Shown piece after piece: positions 47,423 through 57,162 of a stretch of 64,000 nucleotides of DNA (within the stretch, counting starts at the first letter, position 1; each line of letters starts with the position of its first letter). The position numbers and the translations under genes were made by a program. The stretch comes from a delta proteobacterium MLS_D. GTDB lineage: Bacteria; Desulfobacterota; Syntrophia; Syntrophales; UBA2210. The notes beneath the pieces are model-generated. The model was not told the origin of the DNA, searched no databases, and saw only the letters and a list, made by a program, of their open reading frames with translations. The DNA is taken from positions 3,402-67,401 of the forward strand of contig LQBH01000069.1 in assembly GCA_002030015.1 (NCBI GenBank), in the 5' to 3' direction.

Positions 47423-48741
47423 GTTGTCGATCCCCTGTCTTCAATCCTGATCAGGACTGTGTCGTCAAGAACCACATCAAGACCGTTTATTTCCGCCAGC
47501 GCCAGGCGCACGTCCTTCTCGCGCGATTCGTGGGTTGTCATTACAACGGGAACCGCCCCCTGGTCCTTGCGCTCCGTCTGGATCACAGAGGCGAGACTGA
47601 TATTGTATTTGCTCAGTATACCCGATATGGCGGAAAGAACGCCCGGCCTGTCCACCGCGGAAAACCTGAAATAGTAATTCGTCCGCACCTCTTCCATGGG
47701 AAGGAGCCTGATATCATCGATCAGGTCTTTTTTAAAGCCCCGAATCGGGACCCTTCGCCAGATTTTTTTCTGAATGTCCCGCCCGATATCAATCAGGTCA
47801 CTCACCACCGCGCTTGCCGTGGGCATCATTCCGGCGCCCTGTCCATAGAACAGGAGCGTTCCCGAGGCGTCGCCAACGATGTGAATGGCGTTATTATTGC
47901 CGCTCACGTTGGACAGAAGACTGTCGGTCGGAATCATGGTGGGATGAATGCGGGCTTCCACCATATCCTTGTGCTGAATAGCAATGGCCAGCAGCTTTAT
48001 CCGGTAACCGAGCTGCTTCGCAAATTCAACATCCTGCTGCTTCAGATCGGCGATTCCTTCCCGGTAAATGTCGTCGAGTCTCACCCTCTTGCCGTAGGAC
48101 AGTGCGAGGGAGATTGCGAGCTTATGAGCCGTATCGATCGCATCCACGTCATAGGCCGGGTCGGCCTCCGCGAATCCCAGTATCTGGGCTTCTTTCAACA
48201 CCGTTTCAAAGGGGAGTTGTTCATCCGTCATGCGTGTCAGGATGTAGTTGCAGGTCCCGTTCATAATGCCGAATATGGACTTTATATTATTTCCCGCAAG
48301 ACTCTCGCGCAGCGACTTGATGACGGGGACGGCCCCGCCGACACTCGCTTCGAAACCGATATTAATATGTTCACGGTCGGCGGCCTCGAAAATTTCATTG
48401 CCGTCGACGGCGAGCAGGGCCTTGTTCGCTGTAACGACGTGTTTTCCGTGTGCTATGGCGTCCATTAAAATATTTTTTGCTGCCCCGAGCCCGCCCACAA
48501 GTTCAAGCACGATATCGATTGACGGGTCGTTAAATATATCATTCACATTATCCGTCAGATCGATTCCTTCAGTGGAAATACTTCTCGGCGTGATAATATC
48601 TATATCGGCGATTGTCTTGACGGCAAGCCTGACGCCCAGACGTCTTCGAACGAGATTCTCGTTCTGTTTCAGGAGTTGCACCACTCCGGTTCCCACGGTT
48701 CCGAATCCAATGAGTCCGACATTAATCGCTTTTCTGTTCAC
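47419..48741 (-). CDS. hom: Homoserine dehydrogenase (with C-terminal ACT domain)
   Basis: Matching segments: INVGLIGFGTVGTGV, VVTANKAL, FEASVGGAVPVI, GIMNGTCNYIL and GFAEADPAYDVDAIDTAHKL. The C-terminal ACT region is VDRPGVLSAISGIL. Confidence 0.9.
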   Translation of the reverse strand: MNRKAINVGLIGFGTVGTGVVQLLKQNENLVRRRLGVRLAVKTIADIDIITPRSISTEGIDLTDNVNDIFNDPSIDIVLELVGGLGAAKNILMDAIAHGKHVVTANKALLAVDGNEIFEAADREHINIGFEASVGGAVPVIKSLRESLAGNNIKSIFGIMNGTCNYILTRMTDEQLPFETVLKEAQILGFAEADPAYDVDAIDTAHKLAISLALSYGKRVRLDDIYREGIADLKQQDVEFAKQLGYRIKLLAIAIQHKDMVEARIHPTMIPTDSLLSNVSGNNNAIHIVGDASGTLLFYGQGAGMMPTASAVVSDLIDIGRDIQKKIWRRVPIRGFKKDLIDDIRLLPMEEVRTNYYFRFSAVDRPGVLSAISGILSKYNISLASVIQTERKDQGAVPVVMTTHESREKDVRLALAEINGLDVVLDDTVLIRIEDRGSTT

Positions 48742-48784
48742 GGTATCCGCCTTTCAACGTCACTATGTCCCGCCTTGTTCATTT

Positions 48785-50914
48785 TCAGGCCCGGCAGGCG
48801 CCTCCGAGCCTTTCGCGCCAGGAATTCAAAAAACGTTCGCCGATCAACGGTTCACATCCTTTCCGCGCATCCCCTACGGCATTGAAGGCTTCTTCCCTGG
48901 CAGATTCGAGCAGTTCTCCGTCACGCAGAACATCACCGATCCGGAAATCCGGGAATCCCCACTGGCGGATTCCAAGAAATTCTCCCGGTCCACGGATTTT
49001 CAGATCTTCTTCGGCTATCTCGAAGCCGTTGTTCGTCCTTTCCATTATGCGCAGGCGCCTGGCGGCGTCTCCGGAAACACCCCGGCCGGCAGCCAGTATA
49101 CATCGAGAAGGCAAGTCGCCCCTGCCGACCCTGCCGCGAAGCTGGTGAAGCTGCGAGAGCCCGAAACGCTCCGCCTGCTCGACTACCATAAGCGACGCAG
49201 AGGGTATGTCGACGCCTACTTCCACGACGGTCGTCGCTACGAGAATCTGAATGTTTCCATTTCTGAAATCTTCCATTATTTCACGACGCTGCAATCCATT
49301 CATCCGTCCGTGTACAAGTCCGACGGCGAAGTCACTGAAAACGTGGTCCCGAAGATATGCTGCCATGCCCGTGGCGTCTTTCAGGCCGGATGTTTTGCTT
49401 TCCTCCACCAGGGGATAGACGATGAAAACGCGGTTGCCCGCCGACGCTTCCCGTCGAACAGTATCATAGAGCAGGGTTCGTTCCCCTTCCAGAAGTACCA
49501 TTGTTTCCACGCCCTGTCTCGACGGCGGCATTTCGTCGATGACGGTGAGATCAAGATCACCGTATACCGTCATGGCAAGCGTCCGCGGTATGGGGGTGGC
49601 GGTCATAACGAGAACGTCGGGGCAGACCCTCTTGTCCCGCAACCGTGCCCTCTGGAGAACACCGAACCTGTGCTGCTCGTCGATGACAACGGCCCCGAGA
49701 CGTCTGAAACGAACCTTTTCCTGTATCAGGGCGTGAGTCCCCACGATGATGTCCGCCCTTCCCTCCCGGATTTCTTCGAGTACCCGGCGGTGTTCGTCCC
49801 CCTTCATGGAACCGGTCAGGAGCACCGCCTTGAGATCCATACGCTTCGCCCATTCTCCGACAGTGCCGTAATGCTGCATGGCCAGGATCTCGGTGGGAGC
49901 CATGACGGCAGACTGAAAGCCGTTTCTGCAGGCTACGATCAGGGGCATCATCGACACAACAGTTTTGCCGCTTCCCACGTCTCCCTGAAGAAGTCGGTGC
50001 ATCGGTCGAGGCCGCGCCATGTCCGCGAGAATCTCTTTCACCGCCCTCTTCTGGGCGCCGGTCAGATCAAAGGGAAGGATCGCACTGAATGTTTCGAGAA
50101 TATCTTCATCGATCCTGAATGCCACACCCGCCTCGGACAGAAAATCGGCGCGCTTCAGCGCGATGCGCAACTGAAAGAAAAAGAACTCGTCGAAAATGAG
50201 CCGCCGATGCGCTTTCGATCGGCGGTCGTTATACTCGTCAAAGTCTGCATCCCCCGGTGGAAAATGAATGTTCCGCAGTGCTTCGTCGAGGCCGACCAGG
50301 TTTCTGCGCCGGCACAGATCAGCGGGCAGCGGTGTGTATAGTTCCTCCGAATGTTCACCGAGAAGACCCGCCATGATTCGTCGTAACCGCTTGCCGCTCA
50401 GCCCGTCCGTTTCGGAATACAGTGGAACTATTTTCCCGGCATGCACGGGATCGACGTCTTCTTCACGTACCAGCTCGACGTCGGGATGGATCATTACTGT
50501 AGCGTCTCCCCGGAGACTCACCGCACCGGAAAGAAAAAAGACGTCGCTCGGTGCAAATGTCTGCCTCAACCGCGAAGGATTGCCGTTGAACCATGTCGCC
50601 GTAATAACCCCGCTTTCATCCCGAAAAACAACATCGAGCACGGTCCGGCGACGGAAACGCTTCAGCGTTGACCGGATCACGGAGGCCCGGATCGTCGCTT
50701 TCATTCCCGGTCGAGTCTCGGCGACCGGCGTTACGGTTCGCCGGTCTTCATAACCGCGGGGAATGAAATACAGCAGGTCTTCCACCGTTGATATTCCCTT
50801 TTTCGCAAGTTGACGCGCCATGACGGGGCCCACGCCCCTCACCTGCAGAACCGGCCGAGAAAGTACATCGCGGGAGGCTGTGCCGCCGTCCCGCATTTTG
50901 TTCGCCACGATCAC
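48785..50914 (-). CDS. recG: ATP-dependent DNA helicase RecG
   Basis: A wedge domain is followed by the helicase motifs LQGDVGSGKT, DEQHRFGV, MTATPIPRT and VEESE. The ...QLHQLRGRVGRG motif is also present. An alternative ATG lies at 50896. Confidence 0.92.
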   Translation of the reverse strand: MIVANKMRDGGTASRDVLSRPVLQVRGVGPVMARQLAKKGISTVEDLLYFIPRGYEDRRTVTPVAETRPGMKATIRASVIRSTLKRFRRRTVLDVVFRDESGVITATWFNGNPSRLRQTFAPSDVFFLSGAVSLRGDATVMIHPDVELVREEDVDPVHAGKIVPLYSETDGLSGKRLRRIMAGLLGEHSEELYTPLPADLCRRRNLVGLDEALRNIHFPPGDADFDEYNDRRSKAHRRLIFDEFFFFQLRIALKRADFLSEAGVAFRIDEDILETFSAILPFDLTGAQKRAVKEILADMARPRPMHRLLQGDVGSGKTVVSMMPLIVACRNGFQSAVMAPTEILAMQHYGTVGEWAKRMDLKAVLLTGSMKGDEHRRVLEEIREGRADIIVGTHALIQEKVRFRRLGAVVIDEQHRFGVLQRARLRDKRVCPDVLVMTATPIPRTLAMTVYGDLDLTVIDEMPPSRQGVETMVLLEGERTLLYDTVRREASAGNRVFIVYPLVEESKTSGLKDATGMAAYLRDHVFSDFAVGLVHGRMNGLQRREIMEDFRNGNIQILVATTVVEVGVDIPSASLMVVEQAERFGLSQLHQLRGRVGRGDLPSRCILAAGRGVSGDAARRLRIMERTNNGFEIAEEDLKIRGPGEFLGIRQWGFPDFRIGDVLRDGELLESAREEAFNAVGDARKGCEPLIGERFLNSWRERLGGACRA

Positions 50915-51064
50915 GTTCAGTGCCTCAAAACATCGTCATTTCCAGTAGTAACGGCTTGGGAGGTATTAGCAGATATGGCAGTCTTTGACAAGGAAAGAAT
51001 TGACATTGATTTCCGGTTGCTGTAGGTTTCTCAATGCTTTTTCTGCTGAAAGGATCGCGAAGAC

Positions 51065-52114
51065 ATGAACGATAAAAAACTGTCCTATCGGGACGCCGGT
51101 GTCGATATCGACGAGGCGAACAGTTTCGTGGAAAGCATAAAGCCGCTCATCCATTCAACAACACGAAAGGGCGTCGTGGGCGGCATCGGCGGTTTCGGAG
51201 GACTCTTTCACCTCGATCGTGAACTCTACCCCAATCCGCTCCTGGTTTCGACGACGGACGGAGTTGGAACAAAATTAATGATCGCGCGGGAGATGAACCG
51301 CCACGATACCGTCGGCATCGATCTGGTGGCGATGAACGTGAACGATCTCGTGGTGCAGGGTGCCGAACCACTGTTTTTTCTTGATTACATCGCTACGGGA
51401 AAGATCAGGCGGGAAACCTGCGTCAGCGTTGTGAAGGGAATCGCCAGAGGCTGCGCCGAGGCGGGGTGCGCGCTCACGGGTGGAGAAACAGCCGAGATGC
51501 CCGGCTTCTATGGAAACGAGGAATATGATCTCGCCGGTTTCGCCGTTGGCGTTGTTGAGTATGATAATATTATAGATGGTTCCGCCGTTCGAGCGGGAGA
51601 CGCCGTTATCGGGCTGGCATCGTCCGGTCTGCACAGCAACGGTTTTTCACTGGTCCGAAAGGTACTGCTCGAAGAGGGATCGGAGGTCCTGGCCGAACAT
51701 CCGAAGGAACTGGAGCGTTCAATCGGCGACGAGCTGCTTACGCCGACGCGTATCTACGTGAAGTCGGTGCTCGCCCTCATCAGGAATGTGACCGTAAGCG
51801 GCATCGTTCACATCACCGGCGGAGGTTTCTATGATAATATTCCGCGGATTCTTCACCCCTCGCTGCGTGCCGATATTAACAGGGAATCCTGGCCGAGGCA
51901 GCCGATTTTCGATTTTATTCAGCAACGCGGCACTATTGAGGACGCCGAGATGTACCGGGTTTTCAATATGGGAATCGGCATGATCCTGTTGGTTCATCGT
52001 GAGGATGTGGAGGAAGCCCTTGACCGCCTGCGTTCCCTCGGTGAGAGTGCCTATGTCATCGGTTCGATAGCACAAAAGAAAGGAAACGACGAAGCTTCCG
52101 TAGTGATCCGATAA
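51065..52114 (+). CDS. purM: Phosphoribosylformylglycinamidine cyclo-ligase (AIR synthetase)
   Basis: Matching segments: LSYRDAGVDID, GGFGGLF, DGVGTKL, DLVAMNVNDL and GGETAEMPG. Confidence 0.95.
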   Translation: MNDKKLSYRDAGVDIDEANSFVESIKPLIHSTTRKGVVGGIGGFGGLFHLDRELYPNPLLVSTTDGVGTKLMIAREMNRHDTVGIDLVAMNVNDLVVQGAEPLFFLDYIATGKIRRETCVSVVKGIARGCAEAGCALTGGETAEMPGFYGNEEYDLAGFAVGVVEYDNIIDGSAVRAGDAVIGLASSGLHSNGFSLVRKVLLEEGSEVLAEHPKELERSIGDELLTPTRIYVKSVLALIRNVTVSGIVHITGGGFYDNIPRILHPSLRADINRESWPRQPIFDFIQQRGTIEDAEMYRVFNMGIGMILLVHREDVEEALDRLRSLGESAYVIGSIAQKKGNDEASVVIR

Positions 52115-52164
52115 GGTATTGTCGAGATACCCCCGGCCGGTTCGTGAAGCACTGTTTAGCGATC

Positions 52165-52830
52165 ATGAAAGAAAAACTTGTCATCGGAGTCCTGGTTTCA
52201 GGCAGCGGGTCAAACCTTCAGGCAATTATAGACAGCATCGAGGCGGGGAAACTCGACGCAACGGTGAACATCGTCATAAGCAACAGGGCCGACGCCTACG
52301 CTCTCGAACGGGCGGCGAAACATGGAATTGAAACGTTGGTGATAGATCACCGGGCATATGATTCCAGAACCGGTTTCGAACAGGCGCTGATCGACACGTT
52401 CCGTTCGCGTTCGGTGCAGCTGGTGGTAATGGCGGGATTTATGCGGGTTCTCTCCGAACATTTTCTCGGGGCGTTCCCGATGAAAGTTCTGAATATTCAT
52501 CCGGCCCTGCTTCCTTCGTTCAAGGGCATGCACGCCCAGGAACAGGCATTCGATTACGGCGTCAAGTTTTCGGGATGTACCGTACATTTTGCTGATCCGG
52601 GCGTCGATTCGGGACCGATCATCATTCAATCGGTTGTTCCGGTTCTTCCGGACGATACGGCGGATATCCTGCGGGAGCGGATCCTCCGTGAGGAACATCG
52701 CATCTATCCGCAGGCCATTCAATTTTACGCAGAAGGACGCATAGAGATATCCGGTAGAAACGTGCGCGTGAAGGGTCAGAAACCGCTTTCAGATACGGCC
52801 GTGTGTAACCCTTACATCGAAGGCATGTAG
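52165..52830 (+). CDS. purN: Phosphoribosylglycinamide formyltransferase
   Basis: Matching segments: VLVSGSGSNLQAI, LNIHPALLPSFKG and GCTVHF.D.G.D.GPII. ATG at 52165 is preferred. Confidence 0.92.
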   Translation: MKEKLVIGVLVSGSGSNLQAIIDSIEAGKLDATVNIVISNRADAYALERAAKHGIETLVIDHRAYDSRTGFEQALIDTFRSRSVQLVVMAGFMRVLSEHFLGAFPMKVLNIHPALLPSFKGMHAQEQAFDYGVKFSGCTVHFADPGVDSGPIIIQSVVPVLPDDTADILRERILREEHRIYPQAIQFYAEGRIEISGRNVRVKGQKPLSDTAVCNPYIEGM

Positions 52831-52836
52831 ACGCCC

Positions 52837-53307
52837 ATGATACTCGTCAGCGCCTGCCTCCTGGGATTAGATTGCCGATACGACGGCTCGGCCCTCCAGG
52901 CTGACAGGACGGTTGAGGGCATCATTGATGACATTATGATTCCCGTTTGCCCCGAACAAATGGGAGGATTGCCGACCCCCCGATCTCCGTCGGAAATCAC
53001 TGAAGGCGACGGAAACGATGTGCTCGACGGGACGTCCAGGGTGCTTAACAGCGCAGGCGAGGACGTAACGGTCGAATTCCTGAAGGGAGCCCGCATGACA
53101 CTTTCCGTCGCGCGAATCGCCGGCGTAAAACGGGCGATCATGAAGGAACGAAGTCCTTCCTGCGGCGTTCTTCACATCACCAGGAACCGTGAAGGCATAC
53201 CAGGCATGGGTGTCGCCGCGGCGCTGTTAAAACGTGCCGGCATTCAGGTCGTTTCATCCGACAGGATTATCGAGGATTATGTACGATATCATCGTCATTG
53301 GAAGTGA
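52837..53307 (+). CDS. DUF523 domain-containing protein (YbbK-like)
   Basis: MILVSACLLGLDCRYDG, PVCPEQMGGLPTPR and ...SPSCG are characteristic of DUF523. Confidence 0.75.
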   Translation: MILVSACLLGLDCRYDGSALQADRTVEGIIDDIMIPVCPEQMGGLPTPRSPSEITEGDGNDVLDGTSRVLNSAGEDVTVEFLKGARMTLSVARIAGVKRAIMKERSPSCGVLHITRNREGIPGMGVAAALLKRAGIQVVSSDRIIEDYVRYHRHWK

Positions 53308-54745
53308 CGTCAGTGCTCTCGTTACCGCGTCTTTCGCAGCTCACCTGGGCGCCCGGATACTTCTGGTCGATGACGGGGATACTTCTTCCCCCGTTTCACT
53401 TCCCGGAGGCTACTGTTTCGATGCCGATCCCCTGCCCTGGACGGGGCTTGACGATTCGGGCGTATTTTCTAAGTTGCTGCATGAACTGCATATCGAAGAC
53501 GTACCAGGGAAACAGGGACCGCCCGGGCTACAGGTGATGCTTGAATCGCGAACCATTGAATTTTCTTCTGGCATGCGGGAGCGATGCAACGACACGGCCC
53601 GCGATTTTTTGCTGGATCACGACGAGACTCGACGTTACTTCGCTCTCATCGAGGATGACGCGCGTTTCATTCGGGACATGGTACAACTGATTCTGGGATG
53701 TCCGGTTGGCTTTCGGGGCACGATCGCGGCGTTACTTTCTGAACGGGCGCGACGTCTTGCGAGGCAGGCAGGAAGAAAGATCTCCGGCCTCGCCGTGCTC
53801 GACGCGTCGCGCGATTTATTCCATTCCCTCGATGCGGAATGCAGCCTTTTTTCGCGTTACGACTATTACGGATTAGCCGACGCACGATCTTCTTACTGTA
53901 TCTATTCCTCCATATGCGGTTCATGCGGAATATTACCCGGTGAAAAGGATTCAATTCTCGAAGCATTGAGGAACTCGGCAGAAAAATCGGGAGGAACAAT
54001 CATGCGCCCCGACCGAATCGATTCGGTCGCCCTCGGTGATGACATTCTCATCGAGGTATCGGTGGAGGGCGCCTGCGAGCGCATCGAGGGACGTCGTCTT
54101 GTCGTCAGTACCAAGTGGCGGGGCTTCCCCGTACTCATACAAAATGAAAAAAGCCTTTCGGACTGGTACGAACACCATTTTATTCCGCGTCGCCGTCCCG
54201 TTAGCCCTTTCACGTTGCACCTCGGCGTGGATGCCTGTTCGATTCCGGAAAGCATGGGAGATCATCTCGTCATGCTTCGTGATGATAACGGTCGCAGCAA
54301 CACCCCTTCCTTTTTTTACCTTCAGGCCGGCCCGACGGGACCGTCGATGTCCGCTCCCGCGGGAAGGCGCGCCCTTTCAGTAACGGCGTTTCTGTCACCA
54401 TCTTCACGGGAGAATTATGACCGCGCCCTAGTTTTCACAGCCGATGCCATGCTCGATGCTCTCAATCAGGCGTTTCCTTTCCTGCATGAAGGTATCGACA
54501 GCATGGACCGCGATCTCTCGATCAGCAGGTTTATTCGTGCCCTGAAGGCTCCCGCTCTTGATCACGTGGTGAAAGAACGACCACTGTTCGGCCTGCCCTT
54601 CAATGCCGGTGATACGCCCAGGGCAAATGTTTTTATAACAGGAGGAGAACTTGCCCCTTTACTCGGTTTCGACGGTGATATAATATCGGGCATTAATGCC
54701 GCTCAACGGGCCTGTGGAGAAATACAGTATGTATACTATCCGTAG
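53279..54745 (+). CDS. Phytoene-desaturase-like (CrtI/amine-oxidase fold) protein with degenerate dinucleotide-binding motif
   Basis: The N-terminus MYDIIVIGSDVSALVTASFAAHLGARILLVD has a beta-alpha-beta layout, but GxGxxG is replaced by G-S-D-V-S-A. The C-terminal ...VFITGGELAP..GFDG.I.SG is typical of the family. 29-nt overlap with the DUF523 gene. Confidence 0.55.
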   Translation: MYDIIVIGSDVSALVTASFAAHLGARILLVDDGDTSSPVSLPGGYCFDADPLPWTGLDDSGVFSKLLHELHIEDVPGKQGPPGLQVMLESRTIEFSSGMRERCNDTARDFLLDHDETRRYFALIEDDARFIRDMVQLILGCPVGFRGTIAALLSERARRLARQAGRKISGLAVLDASRDLFHSLDAECSLFSRYDYYGLADARSSYCIYSSICGSCGILPGEKDSILEALRNSAEKSGGTIMRPDRIDSVALGDDILIEVSVEGACERIEGRRLVVSTKWRGFPVLIQNEKSLSDWYEHHFIPRRRPVSPFTLHLGVDACSIPESMGDHLVMLRDDNGRSNTPSFFYLQAGPTGPSMSAPAGRRALSVTAFLSPSSRENYDRALVFTADAMLDALNQAFPFLHEGIDSMDRDLSISRFIRALKAPALDHVVKERPLFGLPFNAGDTPRANVFITGGELAPLLGFDGDIISGINAAQRACGEIQYVYYP

Positions 54746-56015
54746 TCTGGGGTCACCCACTATTCCGTCGCCGGTTCCGGCGAGTGTTTTTGTCGACGAT
54801 AATCGGCGGATTCTTGAAAACCCCTACGTCGTCACGGAAGGCCATCCTTCCGCAGCAACTCCGAGAAGCCTGGAAATTGCCGGTCCCCGAAAATGTATCT
54901 ACTTCGAGCCCTCGAAGACCAAAGCGGCGATCGTGACCTGCGGCGGCCTGAGTCCCGGCATCAACGACGTCATCCGCGCCGTCGTCATGGAACTGTATTA
55001 CGGGTACGGCGTCGAAAACATCAGCGGCGTCCGCTACGGGTTCCAGGGCCTCATCCCCTCGTACGGTCATCCCCTCATGGATCTTACTCCCGACGTCGTC
55101 AAGGATTTTCACCTGGCCGGCGGCAGCAAACTGGGCTCTTCCAGGGGCAGCCAGGATATCGGCGAAATGGTTGACAGCCTTCGAAGGCTGAATATCAATC
55201 TTTTTTTCTGTATCGGCGGCGACGGAACGATGAAGGCGGTTCAGCTTATTGCAGGGGAAATCGAACGAAGAAATCTCGATATCGCTGTTGTGGGTATTCC
55301 AAAAACCATCGACAATGATTTGAGTACAATCGACAAAACGTTCGGCTTCGACACGGCCATTGCTGAAGCCGCCTCCGTGATTGAATGTGCCCACGTGGAA
55401 TCGAAGGGCGCACCGAATGGCGTCGGACTGGTCAAGATCATGGGCCGAACCTCGGGACACATCGCGGTGAGCGCGGCACTGGCGAATAATGACGTCAATT
55501 TCGTGCTTATACCGGAATCGCCCTTCGACCTTTACGGTGAGAAGGGGTTCCTCGCCGTGCTGGAACATCGCCTGAAGGTGAGCAACCATGCCGTTGTCAT
55601 CGTAGCCGAGGGAGCCGGTCAGGAACATCGGCCGCCGGATGACGCCGCCGGGAGAGATCCGTCGGGAAACATCAGACTCTTCGATATCGGCGTTTTCCTG
55701 AAAGAGGAAATTGAACGTTATTTTAAAGAAAAAAACGTGGAGCTGAATCTCAAATACATCGATCCCAGCTACCTTATCAGAAGCGTTCCCGCCAACGCCA
55801 GCGACAGTATTTACTGCATGCTGCTCGGCCAGTACGCTGTTCACGCCGCCATGGCCGGCAGGACCGCGATGGTTGTCGGGCTTTACGGCGGCGACTATGT
55901 CCATCTGCCTCTCGCGTCTGTTACATCACGAAAAAAAGTGGACACCGAAGGTACGCTCTGGCGCGCGACACTGGCGGGGACGGGACAACCCGCCGAAATG
56001 CGGAACAAATCCTGA
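54729..56015 (+). CDS. pfk: 6-phosphofructokinase (PfkA superfamily, long clade)
   Basis: Matching segments: AIVTCGGLSPGINDVIR, CIGGDGTMK, GIPKTIDNDL, MGR.SG and the fructose-6-P binding region. ATG at 54729 is preceded by GGAGAAA. Confidence 0.88.
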   Translation: MYTIRSLGSPTIPSPVPASVFVDDNRRILENPYVVTEGHPSAATPRSLEIAGPRKCIYFEPSKTKAAIVTCGGLSPGINDVIRAVVMELYYGYGVENISGVRYGFQGLIPSYGHPLMDLTPDVVKDFHLAGGSKLGSSRGSQDIGEMVDSLRRLNINLFFCIGGDGTMKAVQLIAGEIERRNLDIAVVGIPKTIDNDLSTIDKTFGFDTAIAEAASVIECAHVESKGAPNGVGLVKIMGRTSGHIAVSAALANNDVNFVLIPESPFDLYGEKGFLAVLEHRLKVSNHAVVIVAEGAGQEHRPPDDAAGRDPSGNIRLFDIGVFLKEEIERYFKEKNVELNLKYIDPSYLIRSVPANASDSIYCMLLGQYAVHAAMAGRTAMVVGLYGGDYVHLPLASVTSRKKVDTEGTLWRATLAGTGQPAEMRNKS

Positions 56016-56198
56016 AACACCGGGACCGGGCCCATTCATGTCCTCCTCAGTGGTGTGCCGGCGTAAAAAAACCTTGCAAAAACATTCCTGATGATTTATT
56101 GAAGGACGCCTGTGACGAAAAAGAAAGGAAGCCCGCCGGGCGGTTGAACGACCGACGCGTTCGGTAACACGGTCAGGCGGCGGTGCCGGGTGAAGGAA

Positions 56199-56396
56199 AT
56201 GTCGAGAGTATGTGATGTCTGTGGAAAAAGGCCGTCCGTGGGAAATAATGTGAGCCACGCGAATAATAAAAGCAAGAGAACGTGGTACCCTAACATTCAG
56301 AAGATCAGAATCGTGGATGAGAAAACCGGCGCCGTGAAACGGGCCAGGGTCTGCACGCGCTGCATCCGATCAGGTTACGTAAAAAAAGCGGTATAG
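56199..56396 (+). CDS. rpmB: 50S ribosomal protein L28
   Basis: [34 protein letters not shown]... is the conserved L28 N-terminus. 65 aa from the ATG at 56199. A GTG at 56190 is also possible. Confidence 0.92.
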   Translation: MSRVCDVCGKRPSVGNNVSHANNKSKRTWYPNIQKIRIVDEKTGAVKRARVCTRCIRSGYVKKAV

Positions 56397-56436
56397 TGGC
56401 AGTACAAACAGTACAAGAAAATTTAAAAAATTACAG

Positions 56437-56468
56437 AGCGACGGTTTCACGCCGTCGCTTTTTTGTTT
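56437..56468 (+). terminator. Rho-independent terminator of rpmB
   Basis: 8-bp stem AGCGACGG (56437-56444) / CCGTCGCT (56452-56459) with a 7-nt loop, followed by TTTTTTGTTT. Confidence 0.8.
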
Positions 56469-56493
56469 CCTGCACCGTATGAGATCGTTATCT

Positions 56494-56527
56494 GAGAAAA
56501 TGAGAAAAGGGTCCTTTGATGGGGACC
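56494..56527 (-). terminator. Weak candidate terminator downstream of the exported hypothetical gene
   Basis: On the minus strand, GGTCC (56527-56523) is followed by an 8-nt loop, GGACC (56514-56510) and then CTTTTCTCATTTTCTC. The stem is only 5 bp and lies ~140 nt past the stop. Confidence 0.25.
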
Positions 56528-56667
56528 ATGCCGGATCACACTTCGCTTGTCCGGAGTGACAGGGATGGGGTTATTGAAAGTTCTCCATTCGCCGCTTTCC
56601 CCCGTACGATGCGAACCGCATTCCACCCGTCACGGATCGCAGCGGTTTCTTCGAAATACTCCGGTAT

Positions 56668-57147
56668 TCATGAATTCCCATCGTTCACCCTCCCGGAAGG
56701 TCCGGACGGACTGAAGGACGACGCGCGGGACGAACCGGTTATGGTTATTGATTTCAAATCGCCCAGTTTTATCTGAAATGTACCCCAGCGTGTTTTGCCG
56801 AATGCCCGCCTGTCCGGATTCACCGTCAGGGAAATCTTTTCACCGGAGTGCTTCATGCTGACCCTCGCCGTCAGTACACCTTCCTTCAGGTAAAAAGTCA
56901 CCCTGTCCACGTTTTCAAGAGGCAGTACGTAGGCGCCCTTCCCTCGTGTTCCGTCGAGGTACACCTTGCCCTCAATACTTATATGTGAACATTCCGTTGC
57001 CACTCCCATCTGGTCGAGAAAGACAGCTTCAATATTTTTCGCCGGATTCGGAATTGTTTCAGTAACCGTCGCTTCAGGCATCGTTCCCATCGCGGATATG
57101 AACGGAACAGCCAGCAGGACCGCCGCGAGCCATAACAGTTTTTTCAT
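56668..57147 (-). CDS. Hypothetical exported protein (159 aa)
   Basis: ATG at 57147 is preceded by AAGGAAAGG. The signal peptide is MKKLLWLAAVLLAVPFISAMG. No family recognised. Confidence 0.5.
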   Translation of the reverse strand: MKKLLWLAAVLLAVPFISAMGTMPEATVTETIPNPAKNIEAVFLDQMGVATECSHISIEGKVYLDGTRGKGAYVLPLENVDRVTFYLKEGVLTARVSMKHSGEKISLTVNPDRRAFGKTRWGTFQIKLGDLKSITITGSSRASSFSPSGPSGRVNDGNS

Positions 57148-57162
57148 TCTCTGCACCTTTCC

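Noticed and set aside
48248-50341. A 697-aa ORF on the plus strand spanning the hom/recG junction. Similar long antisense ORFs lie at 32699-34279 (526 aa, opposite guaB/dnaE), 54753-55904 (opposite pfk), 47530-48468, 10040-10825, 58511-59329 and 28069-28881.
   Set aside because: Each lies exactly antisense to a gene with unmistakable family motifs. The translations are Arg/Pro/Gly-rich, low in complexity and without recognisable motifs. One crosses an intergenic junction. Long stop-free antisense frames are expected in GC-rich coding DNA.
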